Source of the DNA: the human T2T-CHM13v2.0 reference genome, Homo sapiens
NCBI RefSeq assembly: GCF_009914755.1
Contig: NC_060929.1
Length of the DNA stretch: 64,000 nt
Direction: 5' to 3' (one strand)
Shown: positions 31,523 through 48,539 of the stretch, piece by piece
Layout: each line of letters starts with the position of its first letter
How positions within the stretch are numbered: position 1 is the first letter of the stretch
Translations under genes and position numbers: made by a program
The notes under the pieces: model-generated
The model's database searches: none
Told to the model about the DNA's origin: nothing
The model's input: only the letters and a program-made list of their open reading frames with translations

Positions 31523-32289
31523 ATGACCCTTGTTTTCTGCTTAATAATGTTTTAGGTGCTGTGGTAAAAATATCTAGACATCTGAAACATTTAGGAAACA
31601 ATACAATTCCAGACTGGATGGTACTGACCACAGGTCTTACTTATGACAACCATCGGTGGCTATTATTGAGAAACAATTGGTAATTTTGATAAGGGAGGAT
31701 TAAATGTAGCTATTTCATAAAGACATTACAGAAAGAAGAGATTTGAGCTGGGCTCTAAAAGGTAGGTAGGTTTTAAGCAAGAAAGAGGAAAAAGAATGTC
31801 CTCTCAGGCTGTTAAAAATCTGAAAAAGCATGGCATGAACAAATGACTATGAAAAGAACTTCCCAAAGGTCTTCTTTTACCTCTATACTCTCTTCCTAGG
31901 AGTTTGATTTGGGACATGTTGGGTTTGAGATGCCTGCAGGAGACGTCTAGCTTGTGTTTAGAAATCTGAGTTTGGAGCTTGGCCTAGAGATTCCAGAATT
32001 GGAAATCATCCACATAAAGGTAATAACTGCCACGGATGCCATCCAAGAAATCACAGCTCTCCTTAAGACTTATCCTAATACCCTACAGCTTTGGAGAGTT
32101 CAAACAGAAGATGGTATTCATGTTGAGAAACAATCCACACATTCAATCTCAAATCCAGCCAAGTAGCCATATTGCAAAAGCAAGCAAATCCAGAATGTTC
32201 CTCAGGTTTGTGCCTGCCCAATCTTACTCCAACACAGACGCCAGAGACCAATTTAGACTAGGGGGCAGGGAGGCAGATGATCTTACAGC

Positions 32290-32388
32290 TCAGTGTGCCC
32301 AGGACCATGCTATTAATAATTATTAATAGCACCCCTTTCATGCTCAAAACCATCCCAGTTTAGAAGATAAATTATATGCTCAATCTAC
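32290..32388 (-). mobile_element. MER94-like hAT fragment
   Basis: taattattaatagcacccctttcatgctcaaaaccatcccagtttagaagataaattatatg. Confidence 0.55.
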
Positions 32389-33169
32389 TAATTCTACAAA
32401 TGACAAATTGCCCAAATAACTAATTTCTTGAATGACCCATTCCCTAAAGAACAAATTTGCCTAACGTAATTGCTTCTTGTAACTTTCTAGTTTAGTTACT
32501 TGGTTTTCATTTTGCTTTCATAATACCACTTTGAGAAAGTCTATGTTTAGACTGCTTCTTCCCCAGCTCCCTAACACTTTAGCTGGAAACTTAACTACAT
32601 CTGTGCCTCAGTTTCCCCTCACTGCCTCTGATTCTGTCCCTCAGCCTCCAGCAGCAACAGCAGGGAGCTAGGGTAGAGAAAAATTGAGCATGTTCTTCTT
32701 ATGAATATATTCTCCTCATGAATATATTCATGTTTTACGAATATATTCAACGAAAATATTCTTTTTATGAATATAGTCTTTATAAATACTGCCTTCTTGC
32801 ACATATTCTTAAATATGAAGAGTTCATATGAATGTATTATCCTAATGAATAATAACCTAATGAAAAATATAACAATTCTCCCTATTCCAGAATATATCGT
32901 TATGAATATATTTTTATCATGGTCCTCAAGGCCCCTCTCTCTGCCTCTCTATTTCCCCTGCTTCTGTCCCTCAGGTTCTTCAGCCTGACTAATCAAAAAA
33001 CTGTCAAATAGTTCTCAAAATGCTATCAGAAAATCAAAATGAAAACCAAAACTAAATAGTATAGATAACATAAATAAGCTTGGTGAATTTGTCTTCCAGT
33101 GAATTAGGCCAGGTAACAAACTAGCTTTCAGCAAATTGGCTTTCCATTAGTTGGCTTTTAGCAACCTGA

Positions 33170-33478
33170 TCTATGGCCTTCCTGACCAGTCCCTCTAAAA
33201 TAGATCTGCCATTACCCTACCCATCACCTCAACCCCACCAAAATTCTCTACCAGAGGATTTATTTCTTTCATAGTTTTATCAAAACCCAAAATAATTGTG
33301 ATCCTTTATTATTTTCTATTATCCCCACTTGGAATATCCTCATGAGGGCCAGGGGCCTATTCAGTTCTGTTCCCCAGTCATTCCACAGCCCAATCACAAT
33401 CTCTGGCACATAAGTAGAGGGGCTCAATAAATATTTGTTGAATAAATCAGCAATGAGTCAATGAGTGAAGGAATGCAC
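33170..33478 (+). mobile_element. L2 3' end
   Basis: ctggcacataagtagaggggctcaataaatatttgttgaataaat. Confidence 0.8.
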
Positions 33479-35039
33479 AGGGAATCCCAAGAGAGTCCCT
33501 AGATTCATGATAAAAACAAGACAGGGAGGATCAACCATGTACTAATCCCTACCTCAGTTCTGACCAGCATTATTTCAACCACCCTCCTTATCCACTGAAA
33601 AATAAACAGAAATAGTAAGCAAAACTTTTTTAATTGGGCATGAAAGGAAGGGGAGGAAAGTGACTCAAGAGATGAGCAAGCTTTAAACCATTTTTTAATC
33701 AAACTGAACCTGTTTGACCATCTCAAATCAGAATATACTGGAAAAAATTTCTCCCCCAGATGTTACAACATTGCCATTTAGTGCAGCGCTACTTGAGAGC
33801 AGATGGCGATGAGTCAGGATTTAACAAAGACCTTAATGGCTCTTCTGCCAGCCCTGGGCCATCATTTGCATAGGAAGCAGATTTGGCTCGGCTGCTGATG
33901 GTGATCGCCTCTTACCCACTTGGATGTGACCTCATTTTCACATCTCCATTTTCCATCTCTGCCATATGCACTCAAAGCCTTCTGGGAAATACTGTGCCAC
34001 AAAATATAAAATAAAAGCAAATCCTAATCATTTGAAGCACTATTTTAATTATTATTTTACTGACATGCCTCCTCATTAGAAATTCATTTTTAATCAGTCT
34101 AACGCATTTGAGTTAGTATGACATGGTTTCCCTTTCACCGATTTAATGTCGCAAGTCCAAAGTTTATAGCATTGCATCAGGGTAGTTATATGAAGGGAGC
34201 CAGTTTTAAAGACGCATATAATTTTATTGTGGATTCACACTGTTTATGAATTAGGTTTATAGGCCTCACCTCATCTCTAGACACACTTACAATCATCAGA
34301 AGGAGAGAAAGAAGACATTTCACACATGAAAGCATAACCTCTTTCCCATTTGGAAACAAATCACCCAACCCTAACAAACACAAAGGCGTTTATTTACAGT
34401 TAGACAATTTACCTGGGGGAGGGTGGATGGGAACAAGGTCTTCATTTATCTGCCATTTCAACTCACTGAGGTTCAGCCAACAATGTATTTCCTCAGGAAA
34501 GGACAGGAGACAGAGGGGCTGGAGAGTGATATTATTCATTGTACTTTCTGAGAGCGGGAGTTCAAGGGACACAGCAGGAATCTTGGAAAGTCTCGCTTGT
34601 TTTCTTTCAAGTCCCTCAGAATTCCCCAGCCCAAAGTTCCAATAACTAAGTCCCATCATTTTCTAGCTTTCAAATACCCAGTGTTCCATACCAAGCCCTT
34701 AAGCTTTAGCCTGGCTCCTCCTCTGTGTCTAGAAATCTTAAATAGTTAATTTACCAAGGATGAAGACTAACTTATAAAAAATTGAACAATGTCCCCTATT
34801 GCTGACTGCTGTCCATAAGACTATAAGATGCTGATGAATATATTCTGAAATTGTATATATTTCAATTCAATATATATTGAATATATTTTGAAATTGTAAT
34901 TAAAAACCCAGGGAAGGTATATGTTTTTAATGAAATACAATATAATAATAGAACATATTAGCATGTATTACACATAATAAATTTCTGTTTCAAATATGTG
35001 TGTGGAAGTATATACGTACTGAGTCAAATGTAAAAATAT

Positions 35040-35298
35040 TATTAGCACACTCATGTAATGTTTAATATGTGCCAGGGACTGCGCCAAGTGCATTTACATG
35101 TATTAACTCATTTAATCTTCAAGATCATCCACAAGATGGGACTATTTTTAGCCTATGTTTACAGTTGAATGAACCAGGCACTGAGAATTTAAGTAACATA
35201 CCCAAGATCATCCAGCTGGCAAGTGGCAGAGACAGGATTCAGACCTAAGCAATTGGGTACTAGAGTCTATTCTCTTAACCACCGCACCAGCCTGCCTC
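35040..35298 (-). mobile_element. MIR, near full length
   Basis: aatatgtgccaggg..ttaactcatttaatcttc..ggcagagacaggattcagacc. Confidence 0.88.
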
Positions 35299-36249
35299 AC
35301 CTAAATGTATTTTTTGCTATGAGTCTTAGTTTTTTTAAAAAAAATAAAAAGGTTGATAAATACCAATTTAAGGGGATTAGATATAATGCATATCCTAGGT
35401 TCATTCCAATTTCAAATATTCCATGCAACTGTCCCGATACCATCAGGCCATATGAGGTACTGTTTTGCTCAGGAAATGTGGTCCCTGTGTCATATATTCT
35501 AGTGTCACTAATGATACCAGTCTTGCCACTAATCATAAACCAGAGGTCTTCTGCCTTGATCACCTGTCCCTGGGATAGTGCCAGTTCTTATGTTCAATGG
35601 TCCCAAGCCCTATGGCATCAGAGTTAATTAAAAAAAAAAAAACACCCAGCTGCTTATATTATGGCAAAACTATTACACCATCAGCAGTGAAAGCTGAGTT
35701 TTTGAGAGACTAGACTTTGGAGGTGGGGGTGGAGGGACTATAGAATTATGTCATAAAATAACCATTGCAAAGTTTATTTTCCTTATCCTACTTTACGAAG
35801 AACTGTGCTAACTACTAGCAGATCACATAATCCATAAGAGCATCCTTCAACTTACAGGCACAAAAGCTGACCTCTACTCTGCCACAGTTACATAACTCAG
35901 GCAAATCACTTATTAACAACTGCTTACATGAGTTAGAATTTTATGCTTTCCATAGCATGCTCACATTCATGGTTTTCAGGCCCCAACAACCACTCTCTGA
36001 GGAAGGCAGAGATGGCTTTTGGAGACAGGGGTGTCTCTATCCTCCCTCCCCATGCTTCTGCCTCCCTCTCTCTCTTCCCTCTCATCCATCGAACTCCCTT
36101 CCCAAGAAGAGAGATGGTCACGTGGGTCAGAACACAGCACAGTCACTGATGACAGCCAGCACCACATGAGGCACACTCTTTCGCACTCCTTGCTCTGCGC
36201 AGGCAGTCCATATGAAACATCCTCTTCTCTCTGGCTCATCCTCTCCATC

Positions 36250-36712
36250 CAGATCACCTTGGGTCCCCTGTACCAGTTCCGCGTTCCATTCTCCAGTTTC
36301 GCTGTGCTGCTTTGCTCCTAGGGTGGAGTCCACCACCTTCTTCAGAGGATTAGCCTGGAGCCACTCCACCCGGATGTACATAGAGCCATAGGTGCCCAAG
36401 AGTTGATGTTCCACCCACCACCCCTGCCTCCGAGTCGCCACCTAACCAGTGACTGAATACACAGAAGTAAAAAGCACAACGTCCACACCTCAGGGGAAAA
36501 GAACCTGAGATGTCAGTGACACTCCAGAGCTCCCCACGATATCAGGCTGAGTCTGGGAGCTCATCTGGAATACGCCCTTGCTTGGCTCTGCCCCTTCCCT
36601 AGTCTCTTCCTCCACGCCCTTGCAGGTCTCCCCTGGGGGCCCTTCCTTAATAAGTCACTTGCACCTGTATCCTAGCCCAAGAGTCTGTTTCTGGAATCCT
36701 CACCTAAACTGT
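36250..36712 (+). mobile_element. ERVL LTR16-like solo LTR
   Basis: cttccttaataagtcacttgcacctgtatcctagcccaagagtctgtttctgg..acctaaac 3' end. Confidence 0.65.
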
Positions 36713-37529
36713 CCCTCTGTTCTACGCCTAAACCTAAGAAGATGGCCTCACCAGGCTTTCTACATCTCTATGTGGCCTACTCATCATCTAACCGGGTTAA
36801 GGTAGGGAGCCCTCCGCAGAAATGGCGGCCATCTCAGAATCCAGAAGGAGAGCGTAACAGCCTCGCTTAAGTCGTCATGCCTTAGCCGGATTCTCCAACT
36901 CAGCTTCCGCCAGAGGCATGCTTTGGAGGTCAGTGTTCACTGGTCAGCTATCAATATAGCAGAGATTTCATATCCATTTAGCTACTGTTCTTAAACAGCT
37001 CCTCACCTAGAAAACTGAGGGGAGGAGTACTAAGTGGATTCAGGTATTCCTGTTTCCCTGGTCCTAAAACTAACATAATAGCAATAGAAACCTCACCTCT
37101 AACTTCCTACAACTATGTTGCCCTGGGGATCCGCTTCTGGATAGTAAAAGTCATCCCGTATAACTTAAGAGCTGGAAGAGACCTTTGAAATCTATCCTTT
37201 AGTGTACAGATAAAAGAAATGGAGCTAAAACCAGGTATTTTCCTAACATCCCCTTAACTGACAGTAAAACTCTTCACTGAATCTGAGTCTCTGGGCTTAG
37301 AGCAGAGTGGTGGGTACTGGCACCTGAATGAGGCTGCAGAGGGAGGTGAGGATAGGTCAGTTGACCATTGTCTTCCCAAATCTTACCCCCTGAAAGCATC
37401 TCTGGGTATCTGTAAATAGTCACAGCAATTGTCTGGTTTGAACTGCTTAATCTTTTGCCCATTAAGATACATAGCTTGAAACACAGAGTAACTCTCATCA
37501 TCGGCCTTGAAGAAAATTTAATCCATATA

Positions 37530-37830
37530 CTGTCATCCCTCCATATCCACAGGGGATTGGTTCCAAGACCCCTGAGGATACCAGAACCGGAGAATGCTCA
37601 AGTCTCTTACATAAAATGGCACAGAGTTTGCATATAACATATACACATCTTCCCATATACTTTAAATCATCTCTAGATTACTTATAGTGCCTACTGCAAT
37701 GTAAATGATAAATAAACAGTTGTTATACTGTATTTTTTGTATTGTTTTATTGGGGCTTTTTTAAAACATTTTTAATCTTTGGTACATTGAATCCAAGGAT
37801 GCAACCCCTGCAGATACAAAGAGCCAACCG
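37530..37830. mobile_element. MER2 (Tigger family) DNA transposon
   Basis: ggggattggttccaagacccc..tactttaaatcatctctagattacttata; TA flanks. Confidence 0.85.
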
Positions 37831-37937
37831 TAGTCAGTTCAGTAAGGAGACTCAGACTACAGGGAATTACTCCAAATTTACCAACATATTATTATTTACA
37901 TTTGACAGACAATTGAGGCTTAGAAAAGTTAAATACT

Positions 37938-38307
<370 letters not shown>

Positions 38308-38469
38308 CTAAGATCAAAGTCTAATGTTTTCCCTACTTCCTGCAACCTCCTTATGTAGTCATGTGCTGCCTGTATAATACTGTGGCCCTCTTAGATCCTC
38401 CAGAGGGCAACACAGAGACTATATCATTCTCTCTGACTTATGGTCAAAGTCTGGATTGAGAAGAGGGGC

Positions 38470-38525
38470 CATGAAACCCCAAACGTGACCTAAGGAGGTA
38501 ACTAGGTCACGTTTGGGGTTTCATG
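38470..38525. repeat. Perfect 23-bp inverted repeat with 10-nt loop
   Basis: catgaaaccccaaacgtgaccta / aggaggtaac / taggtcacgtttggggtttcatg. Confidence 0.97.
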
Positions 38526-40699
38526 CTCAGAGGATTCTGAAATCCTGAAACACCATCTTCCTAAATGCTCCTAAAGGAATGAACATGCCTTAAAGCCTTG
38601 GGCTCCCACAGTGGGACACGTTTCAGGTGGCTTTTATGTTGGCTTGAAATGGGACACTTGGAGGATCCAAACAGCTAAAGGGAAAAAGGGGTGTGGGCTA
38701 ATAGTCCTGCTGTTGATTGAGGGCCAGGATCTGTTAAGGTCCATGGGTCCCAGGGTTCCTAGTTAGTCTTTCAGTTTTTGCTTATAAACTTCTCTCTATA
38801 CAGCCTCTATGAGGCTGTGTTAGGGAAAAATTTGAGACAGCTTCTTCTCTGGACAATATTCATTCTCTCATTGCACACCAACTCTGCAGTAGGCCCTCTT
38901 CTAGCCATCGGGCCTAGAGTAGAAATAAAAAAGAAGTCCCTGATGTGAAACCTCCTTTCTGGTCAATGAGAGAAAAGATGATAAATAAGCAAACAAAGCA
39001 ATAAGTAAGATCATTTTAGATAATAAATGCCACAGAGAAAAATGTTAAAGCATGAAGGAGTATCTTTTTATAAGAGATATGAGGTAGGGAGAGCATCAGT
39101 TCAGATAAGATGATCTGAGAAGGTCTCTCTGAGGAGGGAACTTTGATTAGAGGCACAAATCACCATCCCCTTTGGAGATCTAAGATTGGTTATCATGCCC
39201 GGTTGCTCCTGTCTTCCTAAAGAATCCCTTCCCCAAAGAATCCTTAATTTATAACAATCTTTTGGCAAGCCTGCCATACCAATTCAACACATAAGCCCAG
39301 ACCTGTTCAGATTCCTCTTAGACAAAAGCTGGCATCTCTTTTACAGCAGCAATCACGTCAATATTATAACTACTACCATTACTGCAGGGCCCCTGCAGGA
39401 CATCTGCTTCCCAACTACAACAAAGAAAGAAAAGGAATAAACCAGGAACAGCACATGGATGTGGGCTTCCTAAGGCAAAATAAATAGTAATAAAAGCAGG
39501 TTTGGTCAAATAACTCAAGGTCAGCAAGAAGATATACACTATTTTTACATGAGAACCAAGAACTATGCTTAGCAAATGATTCTTTAAGGAGATCCAGTGA
39601 GAAAATTCTCACAGTGTAAAATCTGGGTGTTTTTTTTTTTTTATCCGGAGGAAATATTTTTAAAAAGCAGAAAAGGGAAATGAAAAAGGTAAGCTGCCCC
39701 TGAAGTCAAGACCACCTATCATCCTTCCTCTTCTGCTCTCTCCCCAAGTCTTAGAGCTTCTACTCTCTCTACCCAGCAAAAGGAGGGCTTGGGAGAGACT
39801 AGCTATGACTCACGCCCTGTGATAAGAGAATGAGGATGTTTGAGGCATGCGAGGAGTGGGGACAAAGAGAGATGGAGACTTCTGGAGACAAAAGAGAGAA
39901 GAGGGTCTGGCTGAACACTCTATCCTAAGAGAGTACCCTTATGGGAGCATCCCAATTGTCTGGTCAGGGAGGCCCTCCTTGTTTGTAGAGCACAAACATA
40001 ATTTAACCAAAATAAAGCTGCAACCCCTCACATTTTGTTCTCATCCCTACGATGCCTTTTCTTTATACTCTGGATACTCTATTATCATGAACTTGGAGTA
40101 AGGAACTGAAAGAAATTTCTTTAGGGTTTTGCGTGTTTGTGTTAGCTCACCAGGGAGAGGGATGTAGCCCACACCCCATGATTCCCCAGAGCCCCAATCC
40201 CAGAAGCACCTGGAACATCTTCAGTGTCAAAGGGAGCCATTCACAGCCATCACCTGACCAGGATAAAGGTGATTTTCGTGATCCACTTCTTCTTGCCACC
40301 CAGAAAAGTCCCACAGATTACCACCCCTTCCCACTCCACTCCACCTCACCCACTCCCACTCCCATTCCAGCCCAGAATAGACCCGTGACAGGTAACGTCA
40401 TCTTTATCATTCTAATCTTTGGCATCATCCTTTCTTTTTCCTGTTTCTTTTCCCATTTTACAGATTAACAGTGATTAGGGCATTTTCTCAAGTTCACAGT
40501 GCCAGCAGACAGTTGAACTGAAACACAAACACCAATCATTCATTAATTCTTTTTCCAACTTCCTTATGATGACTATTTATATCAGATTTAAATCCATTAG
40601 CATAATAGAGTCTCTTTATGTGGTTATGGTGAACTGAGCAGCAGTCTTGAGCAATTATTCTGCTACTTTATCTACTATAATTCTGTAATACAATTTGTA

Positions 40700-41765
<1,066 letters not shown>

Positions 41766-42569
41766 ATAATACATTTTAACCCAGTTAAAATACAGCTGCT
41801 CTCTCATTATAATTCTTTTTTAAAAAATGTTTTGGCCATTCTCTATTTTTTTCTCCAAGAACAATTTTGCTATTATGTGTAAGTCCCCAAAATATCTTAC
41901 ACAAATAATAATTAGAATTCTATTAAACATGTTTTTAAAAGTATGAACAGAATTCATACCTTTAAAACTTTTAACCCCAGTCTCACCAAAGAACATAAGG
42001 TCTTCTCTCATTTCCCTTGGTAAAGTTTACAATTTTTTTCATATTGGACCTAAACATTTCTTGTTAAGATTATCCCAAAGTATTTCATATTTTTGTGCTA
42101 TTGCAAATGGAATAATCAGTCTCATTTTAGAAAATAATTTTTGGAGGAAGAAGCCCCATAATCAACAATAACACTCGCTTATGAAACATCTGCTACTTTA
42201 AGGTCAGTGATAAAGGTCAACAATGCCTGTCTTCTACGTGGAAATTTACTGTAAGAGAAAAAGAAAACATAGGTTAAAACTTCATTGGATTACCTCTGTT
42301 AAAAGCCCAGGGCATTTAAATTACTCCTAAGGAGGCATGCAAAATTGTAGGTAATTTAATGTTTAATCAATATTTGTTACAGCTATCATTAATTTTGGGT
42401 CAAATTCATGATGCATGCCTTTTCTTGTCTCCTACATGGACCTTACATTACACTGGCCTCTCCTTGTGGAGTTATACTCATTTTATTACTTTATTAATTT
42501 ATCATCTATTACAGAATTCTACACCTATCATCTCTCCCTTATAATATATTGATATAGCTGTGATTTTCT

Positions 42570-44556
<1,987 letters not shown>

Positions 44557-46099
44557 AATATAGCTGTGATTTTCTTACTGACAACTCTTCAGTCAGAAAA
44601 ACAATCTTTTATTTTACTACATCTCCTAGGAACAAATGTGAGTCACTTTACAATTTACGTAAGACACTCTACTTTACTATATAGTTATTTTTGCTCATTA
44701 CATAGAAAAGCTTCTATTGGCAAAATTCCTCTCTTGGCAAGGGAAAAAAATCGTCAACTCTGCTCTAGGTATTGACTGCAGTGTGGGTATATACTAATAC
44801 CCATCAAAAATATAGAGTTTATGACTTTGCATATCCATATCCTCAGGAAATGTATGAAAATTTTCCTGTCCCTTTCTAAAAACAGCCTAAGAATGTTAAA
44901 AAAGAACAAAGTTACCACCTAATACATCTTCCTCCCTGACATTTTTCCCCTTCACATGGGGATAATTTTGTCAATAGAAGCAAAAGCAGCAAATGGCCCA
45001 CAACATTTTGAATCCTGATGAGGTTGCACACCAACCCTATTTGCCCCCATCCTCCCCTGACCACCACCACTGAAGGGCCCACGAAAAGCACATTCATTGT
45101 GGCTCCTCTGTTTTTTAAGATTCATGCTTTGGCCTACAAGAGCAACAAAGGGTATTTTTGTATTATCCTACCAGAAACAAAAAAGGAAACAGACGCCCAT
45201 CTAGGTGAACAGTGGGCCTCAGTCAACTCATTATACACCTTTTGGCTCATGCCACCTATTTTAATATACTTGTTCTCCTCCCCCAGCAGTAACTCCACTT
45301 ACTTTCCAAGCCTTCATTTATGCACACAAATAGGCCAGGTAACAATAACATAAACTCCTCAAAGTTGGACAGAAAAATGTCATAACCACTGTGGGCAATT
45401 CACAGCATTTTTCCATGCTGCTACTGGGTCTCTTCTGACTGTTAAAACCTCTGTCCTCAGAAGAAGATCATTGTATGTGGGACATACATTCCAATTTGGG
45501 GCCTGGTATATGATATATTTTATCAGATGTGATAGTACTATTATTTACTGCTCTAAGGAAACAGATAGTATTACTTATTACTGATTAGGTAAATGAAAAA
45601 AATATCCAAGTCAAGCATTAACTTGTTTTTATTGCTCAATTAGTTCTAAAAATTACTACCAAAATTCTATCTATTGGGATTAGAAGGGTAATCTCAAACT
45701 AATGACAACTCAGTGGAATAAACCAGGGAAGAAAGTCATATGAAAGATGCAAACCCATCTTCTCAATTTCCAACAATTCTAGTGAACAGAAAAATCTTGT
45801 CTCTCCTAAATTATGTTTCCATGCTCTGTTCTTGCTACCCAAATCCAATCAGACAGTATTCTCATGAAAATGATCTTGGCTCTACGTAATTTGATTTGTC
45901 TAAGAGCATAAACTAAATAGTAAAAAGAATCTTAACTTGGAAAAAAAAGAATTATTGTTGTATAAAGACAAGCAAACAGTATAAATCTAGCTTAAGGCTC
46001 GGAATCACCCACGAGCTTTAGCCATTTTAAGTCAACATCTCTCTAATAGACATTTTATACAGCCAAGGCCTCTGTGCAAGTATCCTGCACCATCTCTGT

Positions 46100-46360
46100 G
46101 CCAATATGGATAAGCTAAGCTCTGCTGTGCTAACAAATAATCCTAAAATCTTGACAATAATATCTGCTAATTTCTTGCTCACATGATATGTCCACCATGA
46201 GAAGTTGCAGTGCTGCCCACACTGTCTGCACTCTGGGAAAACTGAGTATCACAAAGCAGGAACTGACTTTTAGAGCTTCTGCCCCACATTTCATTGGCCC
46301 GAGCAAGTGACATACCACCGCCTGAGTTCAAGAGGGCAAGGATATGTAGCTGTCCTCCTA
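46100..46360 (-). mobile_element. MLT1I/J-like MaLR fragment
   Basis: ataagctaagctctgctgtgctaacaaataatcc..cacatttcattggcc. Confidence 0.55.
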
Positions 46361-46826
46361 CAGCCCCTTAGCTGGTCTCTTTACCTCTAGTCTACATCCT
46401 GTCAAAGGCATCCCCCATCCCCTGCCCCCACTGCTCCCTGGGGTCCCTCTTCAAATGGGACCATATTCCTCCTCTGCCCAGAAATCTCCACAGCTGGACT
46501 TCTGTCGGTATGCGTATCACCACTGGAATGTATGGCAATGTGCCAGGAGAGTTCCAGAATAAACATGGTGACTTTCCCAGAATGCTGGTTTTACTTGAAG
46601 ACATGGAAATATATATACTTGTTTAATAACATAAACTTGAATATATTATTAGATAAAATAAAAATGTCTTTCTCTAAAGAAAGTTGGTGTTTGAATTAGG
46701 TCTCATTAGCTACCCCACATCTACTGATGCCATGGGTGCAGGCTCATCTACTCTCAAGGGTACTTTAGTGGAAGAGGTTGAGAAGTCCTGGGCCCTACCT
46801 TATCTGGCAGCACCCTCCTTCTAGAG

Positions 46827-47550
46827 CAGTACTGTCCAATACAGTAACCAATAACCACATGTGGCTACTGAGCATGTGAACTGTGGCTAGGGTGACTGAG
46901 AGACTGAATGTTTAGTTTTATTTATTTTAATTGGTTTAAATTTAAATAGCCACATGTGGCTAGTGTCTACTATATTAGACAGCACAGATATAGAATGTTT
47001 CTATCTGTGGTAGGCAGCATAACAGCCTTCCAAAGACGTCCATGTCCTAATCCCCAGAACATGTGAATATGTGGTTGCATGGCAGGAGGAATTAAGGTAG
47101 TGGACAGCATTAAGATTGCTAATCAAGTGACCTGAAAATAGATTATCCTGGGCTACCAGCCTGGGCCCAGTGTAATCACAAAAATCCTTAAATGTGAGGG
47201 AGGGAAGCAAAAGAGTCAGCATCAGAGTGACAGTGTGAGGAAGACTCGGCCAGCATTGCTAGCTTTGAAACTGGAAGAAAAGGGTGCAGGCCAAGGAACT
47301 CAGGCAGCCTCCTGGAACTTGAAAAAGCAGGAAAATTGATTTTCCATGAGAATTTCCAGAAAGAAACATATCCCTGGTGGCACCTTGATTCTAGCCCAGT
47401 GCAGTGAGACACATTTTGGACTTCTGACCTCCAGAATTGTGAGATAATAAATTTGTGTTATTGTAAGTCACTAATTTTGTGGTAATTTGTTACAGCCTCA
47501 AGAGAAAGCAAATACACCACTGTTGCAGAAACTTCTAATGGGCAGTGCTG
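46827..47550. mobile_element. MER3-like hAT-Charlie element split by MLT1D
   Basis: ccacatgtggctactgagca..aaatagccacatgtggctagtg; NTCTAGAN flanks (ttctagag / gtctagaa). Confidence 0.82.
47006..47516 (+). mobile_element. MLT1D-like MaLR LTR
   Basis: tgtggtaggcag..gtccatgtcctaatccccagaac..ggacttctgacctccagaa..aaataca. Confidence 0.9.
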
Positions 47551-48539
47551 GTCTAGAATCATTTCTCAACATTCTCAATGCAGTTAGTTACATGCAGCAA
47601 CTCTAAATTATCTGTTGTTCTCCACACACACTGTGCAATCTCACGCTGTTCTGTCTGCCTCGAACTCCTTTCCCCAACCCCTCTCCACGGATAACTCCTG
47701 TTCATCGTTTGGGATTTAACTCAGGTGTCAGCTCTTTAAGGAACTCTTTCACTACACCCTGGCCTAGGTCAGGTGTGCCTTTTCTGTACTCTTGAAATCT
47801 ATGCATAGCTCTGTAATATGTGTGAATTTCAACCAAAATCAAGTATACAAAAACATCACTATCTTCATTTTACCTGCATGAAATGAAACCTAACTCTGAG
47901 CATGCCCCCTAACGGGCTGGCAGAAGCCTGAGCCTTCATTCTGGCCAGGAATTGCCCTCCACAGTGTTAGCAAACCGTCAAGAGACCCCTCTCATTATTT
48001 TCACTCTGCCCATATGGGTGGGTGACTGGTAAGATGCTGTTGTCCCGGTCCTCATGGCCCCTCTTCCAAGCCATGTTTAGGGTCCTGAAATCTGCAGCCA
48101 GACTGGATGGACATCCTGGTGCCTCAAGCCCAAGGCCCAGGAACCCCCAGGTGCACCACTCAGCCCAGCCTCTTAGACGCCTGTGCTCCACAGGGAGCTG
48201 CCTCCAAGCCAAGTTCTGCTACCTGCTGTTCCAGGACCCACCCACCCACCTCCTCCCATTCTCAGTGTCTTCTAAGACTTCTCTATCTGACCTCTCCTTC
48301 CCAGGACTCCTTATTCAGAGCTTCATGAAAAATAGGACCCTCCCTGAGACAAAGGGACATAAAAAGGGTTCAGCTTTCTGTTTGAAAGAGTGGGGGAACA
48401 GAGAGAGAAAACACCATTTAAATCTCAGTTAAGTATCTTGCCCCATCTTCATTATAAATAGCATTCAAAGCATTGAATTGAAAATGTATCCACGCAGGAA
48501 TCACAGCAACATTAACACCAAGGTCAGCACCAACACAGC

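Noticed and set aside
39300-39414. Minus-strand exon after strong acceptor ttattccttttctttctttgttgtag
   Set aside because: No convincing donor and every frame stops within about 100 nt
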